From sequence record NC_041916.1: a stretch of DNA of 64,000 bases, one strand, 5' to 3'. Made by a program: the position numbers and the translations under genes. Positions 28,007-38,142 of the stretch are shown here, piece after piece; the first letter of the stretch is position 1; the number at the start of each line of letters is the position of its first letter. The notes beneath the pieces are model-generated. The model ran no database searches. It was not told the origin of the DNA and saw nothing but the letters and a program-made list of their open reading frames with translations.

Positions 28007-29233
28007 TTATAGGTACGCTTTAACAGCTGCGATTTTCGCGTCTGCAACGTTACCTAGGATCTTAGCAACAGTAGTGAACACGCGGTTAGTCATCGCTGTA
28101 GAAGCTTTCAGTGCAGAGATAGATGGTTTAACCCAATCTTCTTGCTTACCTTCAACTTTCTTGATCGCTGCTACTAGCTCGTCACGACCTTTCTCGTTAC
28201 CTGCTTTAGCTTCTTTCATAGACTTAAGCATTTCGCCGTCTTTCTGAGCAGAAGATAGTAGGCCTTTCGCAGACTCTTTAGTTAGCGCGTTAAACTTAAC
28301 TTCGCCTTCTTGTTTACCAACAGTGTAAGAGATGGTAGTTACTTTAGCTGCTTTGTTTACGTCAGCGTGTTCTTTGATTTCGCCGTCGAATACAGTAGCA
28401 GAGATAACCACTTTACCGAAGTGGATTTGGTGAGTAGTGCCGTCACCAGATTTGTTCGCTTTAGATTGACCGTCTTTCGCTAGGTTCTCGATTTGAGACT
28501 TAAGCGTACGGTAAGCGTTAGCGTAACCAGAAACGTCGTTAGCAGTTAGTTTACCGCCAGCACCAACTACCGCGTCAACCGCAGTGATGATTGCTTTCAG
28601 CTTAGTACTGTCTTTAAGTAGTGCTAGAGAAGCCCATTTGCCCGGCTTAACGTTTTCTTTCATCTTCTCAGCTTTCTCAAGACGAGCAGATGTCGCTTTC
28701 ACTTGGTTTTCGATAGCAACAGACTTATCGAACAGACCTTTAACGAATGCTTTTAGCGATTCGTACATAGACATGATGAATTTAACAGCTGCGTCTTTGT
28801 AGCCGCGTGCTGTGTCCATGAAGCTTTCCATACCTGCACGTGCAGCTAGACCAGCTGACATTGCATCGCCTAGAGATTCAGTACCAACTACTGAACCAGT
28901 GTCTGCGCCGCCAAGTTTACGGTTTAGTTTCTCTGCACGGTTGTAAAGAAGACCGAATGCTGCACCGTTGAATGCGCCAGCTTGTAGTAGTGCTTCCATA
29001 CCGTCAACACATTCTTCAAGTTCTTCAACGTCTTCTTCGATCTCTTCGATCTCTTCAGACAGTTCTTCAACTTCGTCAGCCAGTTCGTTAACTTCAGCTT
29101 TGACTTCTTCAGCAGCTTTGTCTGCTACTAGCTCAGCCACTTCTTCAGCAGTCTTTTCAACTACTTCTAGTTCTTCTGCACCTAGAGTTTCCATGCCAGC
29201 GTGAGCCATAAGCATATTACGAATTTGAGACAT
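28007..29233 (-). CDS. Inner-body/ejection protein paralog 1 (gp93-95 family), probably high copy
   Basis: Four G-x-E sites (AGMET, DGMEA, VGTES, AGMES); MCP-like codon bias; own leader and terminator. Confidence 0.8.
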   Translation of the reverse strand: MSQIRNMLMAHAGMETLGAEELEVVEKTAEEVAELVADKAAEEVKAEVNELADEVEELSEEIEEIEEDVEELEECVDGMEALLQAGAFNGAAFGLLYNRAEKLNRKLGGADTGSVVGTESLGDAMSAGLAARAGMESFMDTARGYKDAAVKFIMSMYESLKAFVKGLFDKSVAIENQVKATSARLEKAEKMKENVKPGKWASLALLKDSTKLKAIITAVDAVVGAGGKLTANDVSGYANAYRTLKSQIENLAKDGQSKANKSGDGTTHQIHFGKVVISATVFDGEIKEHADVNKAAKVTTISYTVGKQEGEVKFNALTKESAKGLLSSAQKDGEMLKSMKEAKAGNEKGRDELVAAIKKVEGKQEDWVKPSISALKASTAMTNRVFTTVAKILGNVADAKIAAVKAYL

Positions 29234-29378
29234 ATCAATGTTTCCTTTAAAATTAGTTTAGTCGTTTGACTAGAGAATTTAATTAAATTATCTAAACACC
29301 ACTACTGAAGCAATGATGAAAAGCGTAGCACTACAGTACTATAGTATTCTACATATAATTACTGTAATGCATACATTA

Positions 29379-30608
29379 CTAAAGGTGAGCAGAGAACAAG
29401 CTATTCTTAGCTTCTAAGATATGGAAGATGCTTCGCTCAGTCTTCTCAATAAGCGAACGTTTGATTTTGATCGCCTCTAATAACATTGCTCGATCCATGG
29501 TCTTAGGGTCATGGACAGCTGCTACCAGAGAATCACGTTCTTGTTTAAGCACTTTGTCTAACTCATCAAACGTGTCACGTGCTTCCTTAGCGAATTCGAT
29601 GGTTTCGTCTAAGTCATCCGCCATGTGTCGCTTGTCTAAGTAGACTTTAGCCTCTCCGGAATCTTTAGTTGTTTTCATGAACTTCAGTTCAAAATCAAAC
29701 GACAAAAGACTGTCCACTGGCAATGAGCGCATCGGAATCGTGTATTCGAATTCCGTGTTACCGATACGCATGTAATACATTTCTTTATTAGCAGCGCGGT
29801 CCACATCTCTAGATTGAATAAAACCGTAACCGTCAGCAATGAGGTAAGCCAGTTCGTCGATCGACTTTTTACGGGCTGCATCGTCCATTGATCCCATGTC
29901 ACGGATTTTGACTTTAGAAACCTTAACCATGAGTTCTGTTAAGATTTTCATAGAGCTGATTTCGGCTGGTGAGAAATGTTCAGCCCCTAGGTATTTATTC
30001 CACTTACCCAGTTTGGCTTTAGGCTTAATCTCGTCCGCAGCATCAAGACGGCTCTTAGTGTTCGCTAGTTTGGCATTCAAGCCTAAGAACAAGTTCTTAA
30101 ATGAACGCAGCAAATCAAGTAATGTGTTGTAAGCTTTGATGACCAACTCTTTGATGGTCTTACCTACTGCTTTCAACCCATCCATGAAGCTTTCTAAGCC
30201 ACCCATGGTGTTTAGGTAGATCTGTGCAGAGTTAAGAGACTCCATGCCGTCTACGGTAACCGTGAGAGGAACTTCAGTGGTTTCACTAATCGCTTTCAGT
30301 GTCCCGACGTGCTCACGGTAAACCGCTTCATCAAAGTCACCAGTAAACATGGCTTCTAAACCAGCGATAGCGTGCTCTGCTTTAGCAACTTGATCTTGGT
30401 AGTTTACTTCTGCTTGAATAGTGGCGTCGAGTTCGGCAGTTGCCGCCTCAACTTGTTCTTCTGCTTCTACTAAAGCTTTTTCTTCTTCAGTTGGTTCAAC
30501 CACTGCTGGAAGTTCTTCGATTGTGTCAGTAGAAGGGTCCAAAGATTCACAACCGGCCACACGAGCCATACCCATAGCGGCAATCAAAGGGTTATGTTTC
30601 ATAACCAT
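29379..30608 (-). CDS. Inner-body/ejection protein paralog 2
   Basis: AGCES, AGLEA, DGMES, GGLES sites; homologous propeptide. Confidence 0.8.
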   Translation of the reverse strand: MVMKHNPLIAAMGMARVAGCESLDPSTDTIEELPAVVEPTEEEKALVEAEEQVEAATAELDATIQAEVNYQDQVAKAEHAIAGLEAMFTGDFDEAVYREHVGTLKAISETTEVPLTVTVDGMESLNSAQIYLNTMGGLESFMDGLKAVGKTIKELVIKAYNTLLDLLRSFKNLFLGLNAKLANTKSRLDAADEIKPKAKLGKWNKYLGAEHFSPAEISSMKILTELMVKVSKVKIRDMGSMDDAARKKSIDELAYLIADGYGFIQSRDVDRAANKEMYYMRIGNTEFEYTIPMRSLPVDSLLSFDFELKFMKTTKDSGEAKVYLDKRHMADDLDETIEFAKEARDTFDELDKVLKQERDSLVAAVHDPKTMDRAMLLEAIKIKRSLIEKTERSIFHILEAKNSLFSAHL

Positions 30609-30626
30609 AATAAGTTCCTTGTTAAG

Positions 30627-31874
30627 TTAGATGTGAGCGCGGAATAAATGTTCGTACGCTGAAATGATTTCGAAGATACCGCGTTGAGCGGTCACCATGA
30701 AACGGTTATGTAAACCGATGTAAGCCAGTGCTTTGCTAGGATCAACTTTACCAGACTTAAGCGCTGATACAACCAAGCCGCTTTCCGTTTTTAATGATTT
30801 ACGCCAATCCACGTAAGTCGAACGAGTGTCTTCAGCGATAGAGATCATTTCCTCTAGTTCACTTTCCATCTCGCTAACGCTCTGGTAAACCTTTTTCGCT
30901 TTATCGGTGGTCTTACCACCATACGGTTGCATACGTAAGTTGTAAGTTTTCAAAGCTTCCAGCGAAGTGCCGTTTTGGTTAGGTAACTCAAAATAGAAGC
31001 AAGCCGTGTTAAAACGGAACTCCCATGTGTCGTGATACTTACCGTCTTCGGTGCGGTCACGAGACACATCAATGGATTTCTTAATGTCTTTGCTTAATAG
31101 CTCTTGGGCTTTAGCAGACGTTAAGTCGTCTTTAGAAATAATGTCCAAGACTTTGATACGGTCTAGGATGTATTCCACTTCCATCAAGTTAACGAGACGG
31201 ACGATCTTTCTAGGCGCGCGGTCTCGTACATCCAGCCATTCGTTCCATTCCCCTAAAACAATCTCTGATTTGATCTCAGGGTTGTCTTTGAGGCGTTTAC
31301 GGAGCAACTCTAAATTCACCAGTAAGCGATCGAAACGTTTTTCTACATCGTCACAAATATGAGTAAGTCGCTCATACCCACCTTTGATAGAACCTTCATT
31401 ATCTCGCTCAACATTAGCAAGGGATTCCAGTCCTCCACGCAGAGCCAAATACACCGAAGCGGGAGTAAAGCTCTCCATACTGCTAACACCTAAAGTAAAC
31501 GGAATACCTGCACGTTTAGCACAACGCTCTGTATGACGTGTGAGCGCGTTTAAGGTTTCTGGGGTGTATTCGTTCATCAGAAGCTGTTCCATGCCGTCAA
31601 CGGCTTTATGGAGGTCCTGTACGGCTTCTTCTTGTGTTTGTTCTTGTTCAAGGTAAAGTTCTACGAGTTTGACCGATTCATCAACGTCAGTGGTAGCTGC
31701 TGCTAACGCTTCATCTACTTTCTGTTGTTCAATTTCAGTCGAGGGTGTTAAGTTTTGATTCCCGTGCCCAGAGAAGACGTTTTCAACGATCGTCTTATGA
31801 AGATCGTCGGTGACTTCATCTCGCGACATGGATTCCATTCCAGCCAGAGCCGAGAGTGTATTACGGATAGACAT
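30627..31874 (-). CDS. Inner-body/ejection protein paralog 3
   Basis: AGMES, DGMEQ, SSMES, GGLES sites. Confidence 0.8.
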   Translation of the reverse strand: MSIRNTLSALAGMESMSRDEVTDDLHKTIVENVFSGHGNQNLTPSTEIEQQKVDEALAAATTDVDESVKLVELYLEQEQTQEEAVQDLHKAVDGMEQLLMNEYTPETLNALTRHTERCAKRAGIPFTLGVSSMESFTPASVYLALRGGLESLANVERDNEGSIKGGYERLTHICDDVEKRFDRLLVNLELLRKRLKDNPEIKSEIVLGEWNEWLDVRDRAPRKIVRLVNLMEVEYILDRIKVLDIISKDDLTSAKAQELLSKDIKKSIDVSRDRTEDGKYHDTWEFRFNTACFYFELPNQNGTSLEALKTYNLRMQPYGGKTTDKAKKVYQSVSEMESELEEMISIAEDTRSTYVDWRKSLKTESGLVVSALKSGKVDPSKALAYIGLHNRFMVTAQRGIFEIISAYEHLFRAHI

Positions 31875-31975
31875 AATGTTTCCTCATGAGGTTTAACTAA
31901 GACCGCGTCCGGACTTATCTTAATCCACCGTGATGAATTAAGATAAGGTGGTTCGAAAACCACCTTAGTCTAAAC

Positions 31976-33148
31976 TTATTTGATACAAGCTGCGACGTAA
32001 TCAGCTGATGCCTGAGCATATTTCAAACGCTGGCTGGTAACGTAGGTCAAGATAGCTGTGGTGAAACGAGACTGAGCACGCAACAGATCACGAACGTCTT
32101 TATCTAGCTCTTTTGTAGTTTTAGCAACTTCGCGCTCACCTTGTTTAGCAATAGCTTCTTGTTCGAACACTTCTTCCGCGATCTCTTTAACATGTTTAGC
32201 GAACGACAAGTAACCTGATTTAGGCATGGTTGGACGGAATGATTTTTCTTTAGCAGTGTAGTCTACTTTGAAATCATGCTTACGGAAAGTACGGTAGAAC
32301 TCCAGCGCTTCCTTGACTGTTTCTGGACGCGCGCTAAGGTATTCCAAATCCAAACCTTCTTTAGAGAAAACACGAACCATTTTGCCTTTTTCAGTTTTAG
32401 TGGTTTCAGACAGTTTGGAAGTGAAGCTCGTAAGAGTCTCGTGGATGTGTTTCGCGTTTGCAACTAGACCTTCTGCTGAGTCTTTTGGTGTGATGGAGTT
32501 GACCAAGCGTTTACTGATTTCTTGGATAGGTGTAGTACGTCCATTGGAGAACATAGCCATGTACGCAGTCCATTTGCCGTATATGACTTCTTCCTTGATC
32601 TCAGTTTCGTCAGACTCTAACTTCTTAATGAGTTTATCCATGCGAGTACTTAGTCGTTTAGCGGCGTTAGTCTTCTCGACGACGTAGGCTACCAGACGTT
32701 CCCACAAAGCCTTCAAGAACTTCCAAGTATCATCCGCACCTTTCTTCAAGGTATCCATGAAAGACTCACAACCAACAATCACGTGAGCTTCTAGAGTGCG
32801 TGTGTCTACCGACTCCATGCCTGCGCGAGGTTTAGTAGATACTCCGCCTAACTTAACATGGATGCGGTCAGCGCGGTTGTAAAGCAACGCCATCGCCTGA
32901 GGGTTCGGGTGTTGTTTAAGGAACTCCATGCCGTCAACACAGTCTTCAAGCTCTTTACGTAACTCATCTTCAACAATTGCCTGCTCACCCATTTCTTGAA
33001 TTTCTTTTTCAAGTTCTTTGGTTTCAGCTTCAGCACGAAGTTCAGCCACATCACCAGCCAACTCAATCTGACTTTCTAAAGGTAGTTCTTCAGCCATAGA
33101 TTCCATACCTGCTATGGCGCGCAGCGTATGAATAATGTTACGTTTCAT
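31976..33148 (-). CDS. Inner-body/ejection protein paralog 4
   Basis: AGMES, DGMEF, AGMES, VGCES sites. Confidence 0.8.
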   Translation of the reverse strand: MKRNIIHTLRAIAGMESMAEELPLESQIELAGDVAELRAEAETKELEKEIQEMGEQAIVEDELRKELEDCVDGMEFLKQHPNPQAMALLYNRADRIHVKLGGVSTKPRAGMESVDTRTLEAHVIVGCESFMDTLKKGADDTWKFLKALWERLVAYVVEKTNAAKRLSTRMDKLIKKLESDETEIKEEVIYGKWTAYMAMFSNGRTTPIQEISKRLVNSITPKDSAEGLVANAKHIHETLTSFTSKLSETTKTEKGKMVRVFSKEGLDLEYLSARPETVKEALEFYRTFRKHDFKVDYTAKEKSFRPTMPKSGYLSFAKHVKEIAEEVFEQEAIAKQGEREVAKTTKELDKDVRDLLRAQSRFTTAILTYVTSQRLKYAQASADYVAACIK

Positions 33149-33186
33149 TATTTTTTCCTTTGACGATGATTAAAAAATGAAATATT

Positions 33187-33214
33187 AAGGACCGAGGCCG
33201 TAACCCCGACCCTT
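33187..33214 (-). terminator. Probable terminator with several G:U pairs
   Basis: AAGGGTCGGGG-TTACGG-CCTCGGTCCTT then AT-rich tail on minus strand. Confidence 0.55.
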
Positions 33215-33219
33215 TATGT

Positions 33220-34512
33220 TTAGTAGTGTGCTTTAACAGCGGCAAGTTTCGCTTTATCGATTTCAGTCATCAAACGACACAAGTTGTTAGAAAGCTGAGT
33301 GTACTTAGACGAAAGTGCTTTTAGCGTAGCAACGTAAACTTTAGTTGCTTTCTCGTCACCCTTACCTGCTTCTAGTTTGGTCAGACGGTGTACAATGCCC
33401 GACACATTACTTTTCGCGCTTTCGGCATCTTTCTTGATTGATTTGATCAATTCAGCGTTCTTAACAACCGAGTCAAGGATTTGATCTAACTTATCATGAG
33501 TGAAGAACGCATCTACTTCACCACCGATACTAGCGACAGTCTGGAATTCTTCTTGGTTACCATTGGTTAGGTTGAAGCTGAATTCTGCTACCGTTTTATC
33601 TAGGGTTTCAGGTTTGCTGTTGTTTTCGTCAGGGTAAGTCCACTCGATCAAGTTGTCTGAGTTAGTGTTGCGACTGTTTTTGTAGTCACGACCCCCACCA
33701 AGATTGAAAATGATCAAGTTAGTACTGTTACTGCGAACCGCAGTTTTAAACGTACGGGATAGATCAGCGATTTCACCTTGCAATTTCACTAGGTGTGAAT
33801 CATTGATTTCAGTAACGTTGATGCTGTTCTTGATGATCTCACAGAACTTGTGTTGAGCTTTAGCTAGGTCGCTAAACAAACCATCTGTGCTGGTCATATT
33901 TTTATCGATCCAGCGGTTCCACGCACCAAGCTTGATTTTTGGTTTAACGTTATGGTCTTTGTGCTCAGCCTTCAGTTTCTCAGCTTTAGCTGTTAAGTCA
34001 GAAGAGAGTTTAAAGAACGCCACTACGTTATCCACCAAACGGAAGAACAAACGCTTGATGAATTCACCAGCAGATTGCAAGGCTTTCTTAGCACCGTCCA
34101 TGAAACCTTCACAACCTGAGATGACTTCCGCACGGTAAGCATCGTCGGTCACTAGTGATTCATTACCCGCTACTTGTCGAACTTCTTCACCACCTAGGTT
34201 GTGAGAAAGTTTAGTAGCACGACGGTAAAGGATGTCGATAGCACCACGGTTCAGTTCAGGTTGCGCACAAAGGAATTCCATGCCGTCCACAACTTGTTCC
34301 AGTTCTTCGACTTCTTCATCGATCGCTTCTACGGCATCACCCAATTTTTGAATCTCTTTCGAGTTCTCTTGGATTTCGTTAGCAAGCTCAGCGTGAGCCA
34401 CTTCTTCCGCTAGTTCGTGTTGTTCCAGTGGGGTCAGTTCCACTGGTGGAGTTGGTACTAGGTTTTCACAACCCGCTTGTGCCGCTAGGATGGCTTTAAT
34501 TGACAAAGACAT
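33220..34512 (-). CDS. Inner-body/ejection protein paralog 5
   Basis: AGCEN, DGMEF, AGNES, SGCEG sites. Confidence 0.8.
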   Translation of the reverse strand: MSLSIKAILAAQAGCENLVPTPPVELTPLEQHELAEEVAHAELANEIQENSKEIQKLGDAVEAIDEEVEELEQVVDGMEFLCAQPELNRGAIDILYRRATKLSHNLGGEEVRQVAGNESLVTDDAYRAEVISGCEGFMDGAKKALQSAGEFIKRLFFRLVDNVVAFFKLSSDLTAKAEKLKAEHKDHNVKPKIKLGAWNRWIDKNMTSTDGLFSDLAKAQHKFCEIIKNSINVTEINDSHLVKLQGEIADLSRTFKTAVRSNSTNLIIFNLGGGRDYKNSRNTNSDNLIEWTYPDENNSKPETLDKTVAEFSFNLTNGNQEEFQTVASIGGEVDAFFTHDKLDQILDSVVKNAELIKSIKKDAESAKSNVSGIVHRLTKLEAGKGDEKATKVYVATLKALSSKYTQLSNNLCRLMTEIDKAKLAAVKAHY

Positions 34513-34521
34513 GACGTCTCC

Positions 34522-35481
34522 TTATTTAGTAACTTCGGCTGCTAGATCGCAACCCTGATTGACGTAGTAGTTCACGTAAGCAATTACACGTGGTAAAAAG
34601 CTCGTATAAAATTCAACTTGTGAAACAGGCAACGCCATGTTAGTAATTAGTTGGTTGGTCACGTTTTTGCTAACACCTTCTGTTTTATCCAGATGAGTTT
34701 GCAAATCCTTAACCGTGTTACCCCAGTCCTTAATGAACTTAGAGTAACGGTTGATCATTTCACTCAATGCTTTTTGTTGGGTGTTGATCCACTTAAGCTG
34801 GTTGAGGAATTTGTTAAGGTCTGACTTCTCAACATGGTAATCTTGAGCGCTAACGGATTCACCGGACCCGTTAAAAGAATACGAAGCACCTTGAGCGGTA
34901 GGTTGACTACCGATCACTTTACCCGCAGGCAGTACGTCACTCTCGTAACCTTCGCCATCTTTCTTAGCGAGTTTTAATAGAGGGTACTTCACCAACTCGA
35001 TCTTAGTAGCGACTTCCGTAATCGAGGCGTTATCTTTCGCATTGGAGGCTGCTTTCAATAACGTCTGGATTTCTTTGCCGTATGATTCGAGTTCACTTTG
35101 GTACTTCATTACCGTTGAGATCGTGTCTGATAATGTTTGTTGATCACGTAACAGGTGGTCTAGATCACCCTCTGCGGTCAGATCAGAGATCAACTTACCA
35201 GAACACGAGACGTCGTGGGCTTCTACCGACCCGGCACGAGTTAACAGGGATGAGATCACCCCTGCATTGTAACCCAGTGCTTTTGCCGTTAGACGACCCA
35301 CCGTGTTTGCTCCTAAAGCAAACTGGTTGACTAGACTTCCGTCTGTCAGACCTTTCACCTGTTCCACCTTACTCGATTCAAACCCCAACGCGGACTTGAT
35401 GTCACTCAGCAAGGATTCCTCACCTACCAAGCCTTGCAGTGCACGTTGAAGTTCTTCTTTGGTGTACTCAGGATTATCCAT
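34522..35481 (-). CDS. Internal head protein
   Basis: VGEES and LGFES sites; start moved to ATG 35481 (GGAG SD, overlaps upstream stop). Confidence 0.7.
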   Translation of the reverse strand: MDNPEYTKEELQRALQGLVGEESLLSDIKSALGFESSKVEQVKGLTDGSLVNQFALGANTVGRLTAKALGYNAGVISSLLTRAGSVEAHDVSCSGKLISDLTAEGDLDHLLRDQQTLSDTISTVMKYQSELESYGKEIQTLLKAASNAKDNASITEVATKIELVKYPLLKLAKKDGEGYESDVLPAGKVIGSQPTAQGASYSFNGSGESVSAQDYHVEKSDLNKFLNQLKWINTQQKALSEMINRYSKFIKDWGNTVKDLQTHLDKTEGVSKNVTNQLITNMALPVSQVEFYTSFLPRVIAYVNYYVNQGCDLAAEVTK

Positions 35482-36745
35482 TGTCACGCTCCATAGACGC
35501 GTCACAAACGTTCATGACCGCCATCATCACTAAGGTAGAGTAACGGACTACGTCGGAACGCATTTTGACTTGTTCACTGTTGCGAGTCATGATTAACGAA
35601 GTAAACGCGTTAATGATGTCAGCTTTGAGTTCACCGTCCCACTCACCGTCTTTTACCACGGCCAGCATTTTACGATACTCATCACCATTCACTAAATAGC
35701 GATCACCTTCTTTAAACAAAGTCTCTACATCACGAAGTGTACTGGAGATCATGCGAAGCGCTTTCTCAACACTTTGACGATCTAGACCAGTCAGTTTCAA
35801 ATCTTCTTGTTCAGGGCGAGAACCTTTACGAAGTTCGATGGTTTCGTACTTACGGTAAAGCTCCAACCAATCCGACAAACCAGCCACGTCTTCGAATGGT
35901 TCACGGTTAACCAATACCGAGTTAAAGTAACGACGGTCACCCATAAGTTCAACGCTTGCACGTGTGGTATGGACTTGGTCAGTTTCTTCTTTAACCGGGA
36001 ACATCGCTTCTTTGAACTGGTACTTCGACAACGCCTTAGGAAGTTGTAGTAAGCGACTGCGTGCTTCTTCTTCACTCTTACCAATAAAGCCACCGAAGTA
36101 AGAGATGATCTCATTACAGTTGGCTTGGTTCAAACGATAGAAGTTAGTTGTGATGGCACGAGTCGTTGCTGTAAAGCGATTTACTTGTGCTACTAAATCC
36201 GTAGGCATTTGACCATTGATCAACAACACACGGTTCGCCATACCCAACTCTAAATGGTCTTTAGGAAAGACCGTGTCAGGGTTTTTAGCGATGGTGGTCA
36301 GCGCTTCCGCTTTCTTAGCCAACGAGTCATGGTCTTCACGAAGCGAAGCCAAACGTTCCACGATGTCCGAAAGGAAACTGCGGGTTACGTTCTTAGACCA
36401 ATCAGCGAATTCACTCAAGAAAGACTCACAGCCCGCAATACGACTGTCCAAGTATTGACGTGGAGTCATTGCGCGACCTAAGTTTTCTAAACCGTCCACT
36501 TCTTTAAATGAACGCACACCAACACGTTCCAGTTGACGATCGATGACATTGCCGAACAGAACAGTCACGTCCTTAGGTTCTGTGTTCGACAATACGTCTT
36601 TCACAGCCGCCACACGGTCCATAGACTGTTGGATGTCTTCTTGCAAACGAACTAGGTCACGACCTTCGTTAGCTTGCTCTGCTAGTTCTGTAGACGTTAC
36701 GACGTTGATACTAGCCAGTTCGTCGCTAACGTTAGTTTCGTCCAT
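35474..36745 (-). CDS. Internal head protein (gp92-like)
   Basis: DGLEN and AGCESF sites, family-type propeptide. Confidence 0.7.
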   Translation of the reverse strand: MDETNVSDELASINVVTSTELAEQANEGRDLVRLQEDIQQSMDRVAAVKDVLSNTEPKDVTVLFGNVIDRQLERVGVRSFKEVDGLENLGRAMTPRQYLDSRIAGCESFLSEFADWSKNVTRSFLSDIVERLASLREDHDSLAKKAEALTTIAKNPDTVFPKDHLELGMANRVLLINGQMPTDLVAQVNRFTATTRAITTNFYRLNQANCNEIISYFGGFIGKSEEEARSRLLQLPKALSKYQFKEAMFPVKEETDQVHTTRASVELMGDRRYFNSVLVNREPFEDVAGLSDWLELYRKYETIELRKGSRPEQEDLKLTGLDRQSVEKALRMISSTLRDVETLFKEGDRYLVNGDEYRKMLAVVKDGEWDGELKADIINAFTSLIMTRNSEQVKMRSDVVRYSTLVMMAVMNVCDASMERDNG

Positions 36746-37253
36746 ATGCTGACTCTCCGTTAAACGTGATGATCATGCGTGCGAACAGTTGAGGGCCAAT
36801 GCCTTCAATCAAACGATAGAAGTCCTCTTCTTTAAGGTTAGCAATGGTGCGTTCGACGTCATCGTAATCACGACGGTCAACCAAACCATTGAAAGCACCT
36901 TTAACGAACTTCAACTCAGTCGTAGTGACGTACTGTTCATCAGCCGTGATAGCTTGGGTTAAGGAACGAACCGAAACACCACCATCAAGGTAATTAGCGA
37001 TAGCACGAACTAAACGAGTACGAGGGCCTGTACCGTGATCGTAGTTAGCCATCATCCAGTGTTTGAATTCACCACCGATGAACTTCTTACCTAACTCCAA
37101 CACTTCTTTAATAGAAGCAGGATCAATTTTCATCTCCATGTCTTGTGAGCTTTTCACATAGGCACGGAGAATACTGTTCATTGCTGTTAGGGTAGGGTCC
37201 ATAAGACGACTGTCTGCGTAACCATAAGTTACTTTACGGAACTCACTCATCAT
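36732..37253 (-). CDS. Conserved hypothetical/virion protein (gp91-like)
   Basis: Start moved to MMSEF after upstream stop; synteny. Confidence 0.65.
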   Translation of the reverse strand: MMSEFRKVTYGYADSRLMDPTLTAMNSILRAYVKSSQDMEMKIDPASIKEVLELGKKFIGGEFKHWMMANYDHGTGPRTRLVRAIANYLDGGVSVRSLTQAITADEQYVTTTELKFVKGAFNGLVDRRDYDDVERTIANLKEEDFYRLIEGIGPQLFARMIITFNGESAYGRN

Positions 37254-37260
37254 TCCCCCC

Positions 37261-38142
37261 TTACGCGTATTTAGCTTCAATCGCTTCCATAGAAGCTTGA
37301 GCTTTAATGATGCGGTCTTCCAGCTTAGCGATCATCAGTTCGTTAGCCGGTGAAGGGTTTTGATGTTGCAGGTCTTGGTAGTAACTGATCTTAGCGGCGT
37401 TCGCTTCGATTGAGTTTTGGTGGCGTTCGTAAGCTTTCAACGAACGTTCCATTTGGTAGTTCTCCCACCAGAACACTGGGTTAAACGTGTGTGGTGCGAT
37501 GTTCTTAGTTGGAAGAACCAGCGTTGAATCTTTACCTTTGGTTTGTTCCAGTACATCAATGGTTTGTTCGTCCGCTACAATCTTCGGAGAAGAACGGTAA
37601 CGTTTTAAGATGATACCACCACGTTCGAAGAACAAGTAAGTCAATTCAGCAAAACGAACCAACTCGTTGTTTAGGAACACAAGGTCGGGTTTTTGTGCGA
37701 CTTGTTTGTCAACCTTACCCGTTACCATCATAGACGTAGTCATGTCCATCAGACGTGACATGTAGTCCACCCAGAAAGAAATGTACGAGTCTAACATAAG
37801 ACCGTTCACTTGCTGGATAGTCGCAGTTTCTTTACCGATCAAGTTAGGACCTGCTGAGAAATCTTTTTGCAGAAGATCTAACACTTCAGAGATCGTGTTA
37901 GTTGCCACCATGATGATGGATTCATCAGAGATGCTCGTTGGTGCGTTTTCACGACACGCTTTAAGGAACTTTTGATGATCAGCCCAACCACTGATTGCTT
38001 GGCTGAACTTAACACCGTCCGACTCCATCAAACGAAGGTTATCTTGGATACCTTCTAGGAAGTCTTTGTGGTTCTTGATCAAGGTTAACAGGTCTTGTTT
38101 CTTGACCGGTTTTAATTGATTGCGAAATTCTAGGATTTTCAT
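37261..38142 (-). CDS. Inner-body protein (gp90-like)
   Basis: 293 aa helical protein, TAATG coupling; synteny. Confidence 0.65.
   Translation of the reverse strand: MKILEFRNQLKPVKKQDLLTLIKNHKDFLEGIQDNLRLMESDGVKFSQAISGWADHQKFLKACRENAPTSISDESIIMVATNTISEVLDLLQKDFSAGPNLIGKETATIQQVNGLMLDSYISFWVDYMSRLMDMTTSMMVTGKVDKQVAQKPDLVFLNNELVRFAELTYLFFERGGIILKRYRSSPKIVADEQTIDVLEQTKGKDSTLVLPTKNIAPHTFNPVFWWENYQMERSLKAYERHQNSIEANAAKISYYQDLQHQNPSPANELMIAKLEDRIIKAQASMEAIEAKYA

Noticed and set aside
28960-29200. Low-complexity GAA-rich repeat DNA
   Set aside because: Explained by the Glu-rich propeptide; no independent repeat period.
31944-31968. GGTTCGAA looks like a tRNA T-loop
   Set aside because: It is the loop of a simple perfect hairpin; no acceptor stem, D arm or anticodon arm can be built.
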